Made by a program: the position numbers and the translations under genes | Assembly (NCBI GenBank): GCA_046758365.1 | Contig: JBHIAC010000022.1 | Coordinates: forward strand, 1-33,106 | Reading direction: 5' to 3' | DNA: 33,106 nucleotides | Source: a bacterium | Lineage (GTDB): Bacteria > Zhuqueibacterota > Zhuqueibacteria > Oceanimicrobiales > Oceanimicrobiaceae | Shown: positions 26,451 through 33,106 of the stretch, one piece after another | Layout: every line of letters begins with the position of its first letter | How positions within the stretch are numbered: the first letter of the stretch is position 1 | Notes under the pieces: generated by a model | Database searches by the model: none | Seen by the model: only the letters and a program-made list of their open reading frames with translations | Told to the model about the DNA's origin: nothing

Positions 26451-27263
26451 ATGAAAACCATTGTCAACGGAATTGAGCTGGCCTATGAAATTCATGGCAC
26501 TGGTACCCCGGTGGTTTTACTTCATGCTTTCCCTTTAAACCGAACCATGTGGGAACCGCAGGTGGCAGAATTATCCAAAGACTTCCAAATCATCACGCCT
26601 GATTTTAGAGGATTCGGTGAAAGCAAAGGAACCGACGAACCCTACACTATGGACTTGTTAGGCGAGGATATTTATGCGCTTCTAAACCGCTTATCATTAA
26701 GTACAGTCGTATTAGGTGGGCTTTCCATGGGGGGCTATGTGGCTTTTGCCTTTTACCAAAAGTATCCCGAAAGAGTGAAAGCTTTGGTTTTGGCCAATAC
26801 CCGGGCTGAAGCTGATACCGAAGAAGGTAAAGCTAACCGAAAGGCCATGGCCGAATTGGTTCAAAAGAAAGGAGTCGAGGTTATTGCAGAACAAATGACA
26901 CCGAAACTACTTGGTAAATCGACCTTAGAGCAAAATCCAGAATTAGTTTCTAAGATAAAACATACAATTTCTTCAACCTCCCCTCTGTCGATTGCAAATG
27001 CCCAACTTGGTATGGCTCAGCGCCCAGATTCCAATTCTACTTTAAAAGAAATTACCTGCCCGACTTTGATTCTGGTCGGTGAAGAAGATGTACTCGCCAC
27101 GGTGGCTATGTCGGATAATATGAAGCTAAACATCCAGAACTCGGAACTCCAAGTGATTCCGCAAGCAGGGCATCTTTCGAACATGGAACAGCCAAGAGCA
27201 TTCAATATCGCTCTAAAGAAATTTCTACATAGCGCAGCGAAGCCGCAAATTTCAGAATTGTAG
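26451..27263 (+). CDS. Alpha/beta hydrolase (3-oxoadipate enol-lactonase-like)
   Basis: Motifs LLHAFP, PDFRGFG, GLSMGG, VGEED and AGHLSNME. Confidence 0.92.
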   Translation: MKTIVNGIELAYEIHGTGTPVVLLHAFPLNRTMWEPQVAELSKDFQIITPDFRGFGESKGTDEPYTMDLLGEDIYALLNRLSLSTVVLGGLSMGGYVAFAFYQKYPERVKALVLANTRAEADTEEGKANRKAMAELVQKKGVEVIAEQMTPKLLGKSTLEQNPELVSKIKHTISSTSPLSIANAQLGMAQRPDSNSTLKEITCPTLILVGEEDVLATVAMSDNMKLNIQNSELQVIPQAGHLSNMEQPRAFNIALKKFLHSAAKPQISEL

Positions 27264-27300
27264 GGATTTGCTTATTCGTACGTTTAGATAAAAAATAATG

Positions 27301-27404
27301 AAGTCATTAAGTCATAACGCTTCGCTGTCATTTATAGTCATTAGTTAGGTTTGAAGTCAGGGTTCAATGACGCCGAAGGCAAATGACACAACGACTGAAT
27401 GACT
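27301..27404. repeat. GTCAT/ATGAC mirror-repeat element
   Basis: GTCAT at 27303, 27311, 27327 and 27337. The reverse complement ATGAC occurs at 27367, 27383 and 27399 (ACGAC at 27391). Mini-hairpins GC-TTC-GC and GCC-GAA-GGC sit in opposite arms. Confidence 0.6.
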
Positions 27405-27574
27405 ATTTTGATGATTTGGTTCTGGGATATTGTTAATCATTTTTTCTTACCCCAAAAAACAATAGAATTATTTGACTGTTATCTCTCAAATCTTATCAAC
27501 GACGTGCAAGGGGTTATCTCAAATAAATTTGAGCGTCCAAAACTAAAAAAGATTAAAATCCTTGTAAATCCAAC

Positions 27575-27596
27575 GCATCCGTAGAAAACCGGATGC
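27575..27596. terminator. Hairpin GCATCCG-N8-CGGATGC downstream of the DUF4198 gene
   Basis: Perfect 7-bp stem 6 nt past the stop at 27603. No strong U-tract. Confidence 0.4.
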
Positions 27597-27602
27597 AAAT
27601 AA

Positions 27603-28421
27603 CTACTGCAATTCAAAACTGTACGATGCCCAAAAGCTCTCCCAATCTACCTTTTCGCAATTATCGCACGGGATTAAATGCACTAGGCGAATGATCCAAA
27701 AGCCTTCACCCTCTAACTTAAACTTCGCAATGCCACGAGAATCTGTTTTAGCTTTAATTTTAGATACTTTGCCAGTCATATCTTTGTTGTACGCCATCAC
27801 AATTTTGTTGATTAGTGGCTTACCCTCAAATAAAATTTGAGCTTCAATTACATCTCCAGATTTTGAAGCGGAGGGATTTTGCAGAAGAACGATTTCGAGT
27901 TTTTGTCCAAGAATCTTTCTGTAAAGATCGCTTTCCTTGGCTTCGCCAATTTTAACAAAAGATTTAATAAATCGAGCATATCTTTCTCTTTCCTTGGATC
28001 TTTTGCCACTCTTTTCGCGAAGTTTTTCAACTTCCAGTAGGTCTTCATGTTTGAGATAATCTGAAAATTGACTGTTAGAAAGTTCAATGTAAGCGAAATC
28101 TCTTTCTAAGTTTAATAAAGCATATCCTTCAAATTCAATTTTTTTAGAGAGAATAGGCATGGTGCTATCAGGAAACTCGCTTAGCAGGTCAAAAGAGCCA
28201 TGGGATGTTAACAGCTCAAATCTCTTTGTGATATACTTTTGAAGCGGCCGTTCAAGCTCAGGCTCAAATTCATCCCCAACGAAAAGATGGACAATTAGCG
28301 AATCTCCTTTTGAAATGATAAATTTTTCAGGTAGTAGCCAGTAATCATGAGAAAACCCTTGGCTAAAAATCAATATTAATAAAAGAAATGCTAACCTTAA
28401 CCATAAATTTTTTACACTCAT
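27603..28421 (-). CDS. DUF4198-family periplasmic protein (Ni/Co-transport-associated-like)
   Basis: Signal peptide followed by HDYWLLP, RERYARFIKS, GQKLEIV...NP, TDSRGIAKF and DWESFWASYSF. Confidence 0.85.
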   Translation of the reverse strand: MSVKNLWLRLAFLLLILIFSQGFSHDYWLLPEKFIISKGDSLIVHLFVGDEFEPELERPLQKYITKRFELLTSHGSFDLLSEFPDSTMPILSKKIEFEGYALLNLERDFAYIELSNSQFSDYLKHEDLLEVEKLREKSGKRSKERERYARFIKSFVKIGEAKESDLYRKILGQKLEIVLLQNPSASKSGDVIEAQILFEGKPLINKIVMAYNKDMTGKVSKIKAKTDSRGIAKFKLEGEGFWIIRLVHLIPCDNCEKVDWESFWASYSFELQ

Positions 28422-28557
28422 ATTTTCTCCTCTTCTGTTTATTCATTTATGACTTCTGCATGTTTAACGCGTCCTATAACTTTACTTCCTTATTAAAGAA
28501 TTACCTAAACTTTAATATTCTTACCTTCAATTTTAAACTAACTTTATTTCATTATTC

Positions 28558-29010
28558 TTATGCTGAGGAAGTATGATCATGTAAAATCCGCCAAACCTCT
28601 TTTGTTTTACGAAAAAGAAGTGTAAAATATCCCCAAGGTTGGTCGTTTTCTCTTTGAAGTTGCCACTTTCCGAAAACCAAAGCCGCATCCTCTGAAATAA
28701 TTGTAATGTCAAGTTCACTGAAGTTTAATTTGCCCATAGTAGCTTTATCCGGATAATTTTTTTTATAACGATCGAGTACGGTCTGCCATCCATAAAATAC
28801 ATTTCCTCCAGAAACAAATCTTACGGTTTCTGTTTGATCGTAGCCTGCCATAAATTTTTTAATATTGCCTTCATTCCATCCTTGCACTTGTTGGTTCAAA
28901 ACTGTTTCAATAGCCATTTTTATGGCTGTTTCCTTGGTCTTTGATTCTGGTCTACACCCAGTAAATAAAAGAAATGCCAGAAAGAGAAACACCAAATTTA
29001 ATTGTTTCAT
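28558..29010 (-). CDS. NTF2-like/DUF4440 lipoprotein
   Basis: Lipobox FTGC and WNEGNIKKFMAGY...WRILHDHTS. GGAG RBS before the ATG at 29010. Confidence 0.88.
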   Translation of the reverse strand: MKQLNLVFLFLAFLLFTGCRPESKTKETAIKMAIETVLNQQVQGWNEGNIKKFMAGYDQTETVRFVSGGNVFYGWQTVLDRYKKNYPDKATMGKLNFSELDITIISEDAALVFGKWQLQRENDQPWGYFTLLFRKTKEVWRILHDHTSSA

Positions 29011-29157
29011 GGTTAGACTCCAAGTTAAATACACTAAGGGGGTGAGAATAAATAATTTGGAATTCTGTATCATTCTAACTTTAATAATAACAATAAAAAT
29101 GTTGTTCTATGAATGGTAAGTTATTTTTTCTCACCCCCTAAGTATCAAAATTTAATG

Positions 29158-30324
29158 CTAAAAATCGTGTATATTTATGGAATGACTAATTTGAATGTTA
29201 TTTTTTCTCATGGCCGAAATAAACTCAGAAAAAAGCTCTGTTGAAAATATCTGTTCTGGGAATTGCACACCCTTTTTGTTGATTCTTTTGTCTGTAATCA
29301 TTCTTGCCGCCCATACTGCAGGAAAAGCCGTGGTTCTTGCCATAGCGGTAATTTGATTTGCAGGATCGAATTGGTCAAACAGCTCAAAGGTATGGGTTCT
29401 TGATGTACCATCTTTGATTCCCTTAATAACTATCCGCATAATTAACAGGTCTCCGTCTGGCGAAAGCTTTAAAACATTCGAAAGCTGCTTAATTAGGAAA
29501 TCAAGCGGTGTTATTTCATGTGAATTAATTAATACGGGTTTTTCCTCCAACATCCCACATGACTCTAATAATTTTATTCGGTCTCTATGGCCAGGATATC
29601 GAAGTGTTTTCTCGGCAAGATGATGCGAAATTTTCCCTTTCATGGTAACTATCAGTGAAGCAAGCCCATCTGTATAAAACGCCTCCAATTGACCCATCGG
29701 TTCAGGGAAATTTATTTTTTCCACACCAGACATAGGCTCAACTTCAACGATTTCACCTTTCCTTAATATTCGTGCTTTTCGTAAATAAGCATCGAAAACA
29801 CTCTCTAAAGAATAAACAGTTTGATAATACAATGGTGGTTCTTTTTTCTTTGGTAGTCCCCCTACATAAATGATGGCTTCATGGGTTTCATCCAGGAGTT
29901 CAACGCCTCTGCCAACGCAAATATTACTTATTCCGGGAGCCACCCCACAGCCAGGAATAATGGTTATACCAACATTTTCCGCTTCATGATGCAGGGCTAA
30001 TCGTTTTTCAGGAGCTTCGCCAACTAAATCGACAATAGAAACACACGCCTTAATCGCGGCTTTTATTGCAGGTAAACTCAATCTATGCGGCAGTGCACTG
30101 ATGACAACATCATGTTTTCGAAGAATAGAAGCTGTCGCCGTAGTATCACTCACATTGAGCATGCAAACTTTTAGTTTGGTCTGACCAATAAAGTTATAAA
30201 GTTCTTTTAGCAGCGCTTCATTAATATCAATCAGGGTTACCTGAGCATCAGGCGCTTTTTCAACGATATCTTTTACGACGACACGTCCCATTAGCCCAGC
30301 CCCTAATACGGCATATTTTTTCAT
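29158..30324 (-). CDS. Saccharopine dehydrogenase family protein (lysine 6-dehydrogenase-like)
   Basis: GAGLMG Rossmann motif, CGVAPGISN, YVGGLP, LEAFYTDGL, KTLRYPGH and AMARTT. RBS-supported start at 30324. Confidence 0.88.
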   Translation of the reverse strand: MKKYAVLGAGLMGRVVVKDIVEKAPDAQVTLIDINEALLKELYNFIGQTKLKVCMLNVSDTTATASILRKHDVVISALPHRLSLPAIKAAIKACVSIVDLVGEAPEKRLALHHEAENVGITIIPGCGVAPGISNICVGRGVELLDETHEAIIYVGGLPKKKEPPLYYQTVYSLESVFDAYLRKARILRKGEIVEVEPMSGVEKINFPEPMGQLEAFYTDGLASLIVTMKGKISHHLAEKTLRYPGHRDRIKLLESCGMLEEKPVLINSHEITPLDFLIKQLSNVLKLSPDGDLLIMRIVIKGIKDGTSRTHTFELFDQFDPANQITAMARTTAFPAVWAARMITDKRINKKGVQFPEQIFSTELFSEFISAMRKNNIQISHSINIHDF

Positions 30325-30347
30325 AATTTTTTTCTCCAAATATAAAA

Positions 30348-31742
30348 TCAATAAAATCCGATCAAGAGATATATCACCGAAACAATAGCTGCAATAACCA
30401 GCGCATAAGGGAGTTGGGTTTTTACGTGGTCGATGTGGTCACAAGCGCTCCCAAGGGATGAAAGAACGGTTGTGTCGGAAAGTGGAGAACAATGGTCTCC
30501 AAAAACCCCCCCACCTGCCACTGCAGCAAATGTTGCAAAAACAAAAGAGTCAAGCATCCCACCACTGAATTGAAAAGCCAACGGAAGTGCAATTGGCACC
30601 ATGATCGCATAGGTACCCCAGGAGGTTCCAGTTGAGAAACTAACGAATCCACTGATTAGAAAAACCAAAAATGGCAAAAGACCAGGAGATAACCATGTCC
30701 TTGTAATTTCTACAACATATTCAGCCGTTTTCATTTCTCGACTCACTGTGTTTATACAATAAGCAAGCGCTAAGATAATTACTGCTGGAATAACGCCCTT
30801 CATTCCAGCCGTTGCAATTTGCACAATTCCACGGAGAGTATCAACTTGCTGAATCCAAATGATTACTCCGAGAACCACGCAGGCGAGCATAAAGCTTTCA
30901 AGAATACTAGCCCTACCGGTTACTGCAAAAGTTATAATATTTGTACCCACAATTATGGCAACAGGAAAAAGAAAATTAAGGTAAATATTTGGACGGGTTG
31001 ATTCCGAAACTTTTAAATCGGTTAATTCCTTTCCCATCATAGGGAGTGCACCATCGCGAAGCAATTTTCCCGTTTTCAAGGCCCTTTCCTCCGCCTTTCG
31101 CATGGGACCAAATTCTGGTAGAATTTCAAGCGAGAGCATTCCAACCATCAAAATTGCAAAAATTCCATAAAAGTTGTAGGGGATGCTATGAACAAACAAA
31201 CTCATTGCTTGGTCTTTATTACTTATATCGCCTAGGCCTATCGCCAGCCCGCTAAGGTACACAGCCCAACCTGATATTGGAATTAAAACCACCATTGGAG
31301 CAGAAGTGGAGTCACAGATGTAAGCTAACTTTTCTCGAGAAATTTTAAATTTATCGGTGAGATTTCTCATGACAGCTCCGACAAAAAGAGGGCTGAAATA
31401 GTCACTAAAAAAGATACCTATACCAAGTCCCCAACTAAGAATACCAACCTGTTTACGAGTAGTAGCCCATTTGGCTGCTCGTTGAGTAAACATGGCAATA
31501 GCCCCGCATCGCTGAAAAAAAGCAACAAGAATACCTATAAACAATTCCACAAGGCAAATCCAGATAAAATCTTCCGTTCCCAGGGAACGAGTAATAAGGG
31601 ACGGGAATCCACTAAGCCCTTGTCCCATTAACAGTACACCTGCTAAACAAGCTATGGCCAAACTGAAAATGGCATCACGGGTAATAAAAGCCAGGAATAC
31701 CGCAAGTAAAGGTGGGATTACAGAAATCCAAGACGGTTCCAA
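30348..31742 (-). CDS. NhaC-family Na+/H+ antiporter-like transporter (probable amino-acid transporter)
   Basis: Motifs SREKLAYICDSTSAP, SIPYNFY, FSTGTSWGT, GDHCSPLSDTT and HIDHVKTQLPYA. TTG start with GAGGT RBS. Confidence 0.92.
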   Translation of the reverse strand: MEPSWISVIPPLLAVFLAFITRDAIFSLAIACLAGVLLMGQGLSGFPSLITRSLGTEDFIWICLVELFIGILVAFFQRCGAIAMFTQRAAKWATTRKQVGILSWGLGIGIFFSDYFSPLFVGAVMRNLTDKFKISREKLAYICDSTSAPMVVLIPISGWAVYLSGLAIGLGDISNKDQAMSLFVHSIPYNFYGIFAILMVGMLSLEILPEFGPMRKAEERALKTGKLLRDGALPMMGKELTDLKVSESTRPNIYLNFLFPVAIIVGTNIITFAVTGRASILESFMLACVVLGVIIWIQQVDTLRGIVQIATAGMKGVIPAVIILALAYCINTVSREMKTAEYVVEITRTWLSPGLLPFLVFLISGFVSFSTGTSWGTYAIMVPIALPLAFQFSGGMLDSFVFATFAAVAGGGVFGDHCSPLSDTTVLSSLGSACDHIDHVKTQLPYALVIAAIVSVIYLLIGFY

Positions 31743-31981
31743 ATATACCTCAATTTTTCAAATAGCCTTTATGAAAACTGAAATTGAATTCCAACATGTA
31801 ATTTATGGAAAAATCCCACAAGTATTTCGACAAACTTCTACTAATCTCTTGACTGGAAAATAAAGAAGTCCGTTCCAAAGTTCAAGCTTTTTATGAGTAA
31901 TTTTTAGAAAAATTTGTTGGATTTGGATCATAATAATTTAATTTTACGGATAGGCTTTATTAGCTTGGGACTTTTTTGTTT

Positions 31982-32366
31982 GATTTTTCACCGGAGAGAA
32001 CTGACGCAGTGACAGTTGATGGTGGGGTTGAAAGGCTGTTCTGGAAGACAGGAGGCAAACTGACGGCTTCATTTATTTCCAGTCGAGCCAAAATAGATAT
32101 CGATCCTGTTTTTGGATTTCCAGATACTTTATATCCAGATTAAAGAATTGGAAAAAGTGTTAACGCTCAATCAAGAACAGATCGAATCGGCAAAAGCAAA
32201 GACAGAGGAGGAATTAAAGCTTTACAACCAGGGACGTGGCGAGTTAACGTTTGTGATTCAAAGTCAAGACAGTGAGCAAAATGCAAAATTCACTTATGCA
32301 GGGAATGCACCGACTTATCATAAGTTATTAATAGAATACCGCGCACTAATGAACCAGCTTTTGTAA
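31982..32366 (+). pseudogene. Internally deleted TolC-family outer membrane protein remnant
   Basis: One frame gives DFSPERTDAVTVDGGVERLFWKTGGKLTASF...GFPDTLY (beta-strand-like N-part). Another frame gives LYIQIKELEKVL...EELKLYNQGRGELTFVIQSQD...YRALMNQLL*, a typical TolC C-terminal helix. No start or signal peptide. Confidence 0.6.
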
Positions 32367-32485
32367 ATAGCAAGCCAAACCTGCATACGAGCACGTAAAG
32401 AATCAATCTACCCAATTGTGCCCAGTTTAGTAAACCGACCGTAAAAACCTCTTCGGTTCCTCTAATGTAAAAGGGTTGTTTAGCC

Positions 32486-33106
32486 TCACCTTCCTCGCCT
32501 ATAATCAATCCCTAATTTATTCATCCGATTCCTGAGCGTACTTGGATTGATTCCCAGCAAGTCGGCGGCGCCACCGGGTCCATGAACCTTTCCCTTGGCA
32601 ACGGATAATACTCGCCGAATATGCTGAAAGATCACCTCATCAAGCTTATCCGGTTCTTTATTCTGTTCTGGTAGATCCAAGGTCTCTTGCTGTTGCGTCA
32701 GATCTAAATGCTCAAAGGTGAGTGGGCCGTTTGGGTTGAGTATCAATGCCCGCTCTACAACATTTTGTAACTCGCGTACATTGCCTGGCCAGTGGTAGGC
32801 CATCAGGCGGTCGGTGGCACCGGGGGACATTGTGGGAATGACAGGCAATTTTAATTCTTTGGCTTTCAGGCCAATAAAATATTGCAGCAGTGCCGGAATA
32901 TCTGATTTTCGTTCTCGGAGCGGTGGTATCCAGATGGGAAACACATTGAGTCGAAACCATAAATCCTGGCGGAATTGATTGGCTCTTAGCATTTCTTCTA
33001 GGTTCCTATTGGTAGCTGCGACGATTCTTATGTCCAACGGAATGGTTTTGGTGCCACCGACCCGTTCAATTTCTTTGCTTTGCAGAACTCGTAATAATCG
33101 CACCTG
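32486..33106 (-). CDS. Sigma54-dependent Fis-family transcriptional regulator, C-terminal part (truncated by window edge)
   Basis: Motifs RLLRVLQ, RIVAATNRNL, FRQDLWFRLNVFPI, WPGNVRELQNVVERA and the HTH AADLLGINPSTLRNRM. Confidence 0.95.
   Translation of the reverse strand, partial: QVRLLRVLQSKEIERVGGTKTIPLDIRIVAATNRNLEEMLRANQFRQDLWFRLNVFPIWIPPLRERKSDIPALLQYFIGLKAKELKLPVIPTMSPGATDRLMAYHWPGNVRELQNVVERALILNPNGPLTFEHLDLTQQQETLDLPEQNKEPDKLDEVIFQHIRRVLSVAKGKVHGPGGAADLLGINPSTLRNRMNKLGIDYRRGR

Noticed and set aside
27399..27584. 61-aa ORF on the plus strand
   Set aside because: It starts inside a repeat element, has no RBS or recognisable motif, and is probably non-coding or debris.
27575..27598. 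Third copy of the repeat-B hairpin (GCATCC...GGATGCAA)
   Set aside because: The similarity is limited to a short stem, the flanks are unrelated, and it is more simply a terminator-like hairpin.
31743..31980. Lysine riboswitch upstream of the NhaC-family gene
   Set aside because: The region is AT-rich, without recognisable L-box motifs or the required long stems.
644..32960. Numerous short overlapping or antisense ORFs in the track (e.g. 1069..1422, 6720..7070, 13204..13557, 21499..21960)
   Set aside because: They are shadows of well-supported genes on the other strand or frame, with no independent motifs.

Overview
AT-rich bacterial chromosomal window, probably from an FCB-group lineage such as KSB1/Calditrichota. 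This is an inference from the FlgD-Ig/T9SS-like C-terminal domain, the MetG type and the gene order. The backbone is housekeeping genes on the minus strand (envC-like M23 peptidase, holB, ricT/PSP1, metG, tatD, rsmA, mgtE, recO), plus mutY-clpS, greA, an MFS transporter, oxidoreductases/hydrolases and an NhaC-family transporter with a lysine-6-dehydrogenase-like gene. Two accessory blocks stand out. (1) A GC-rich pntA1-pntA2-pntB-CBS block whose PntB carries a ~71-aa inserted domain. (2) A ~1.5-kb toxin-antitoxin cassette island between metG and tatD. It contains a 136-bp perfect direct repeat, three GCAAGGG-N11/12-GACGAGCAG motifs (two pointing inward around an intact small toxin/immunity-like pair), a frameshifted DUF2281-type antitoxin, an in-frame MazF::Phd-like chimeric gene and a duplicated antitoxin 3' remnant. 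No recombinase or transposase is present in the window. Several intergenic regions hold different REP-like palindromes, and a sigma54-type promoter architecture lies near the left edge. No rRNA, tRNA or CRISPR array was seen. All family assignments come from motif recognition, not database searches.
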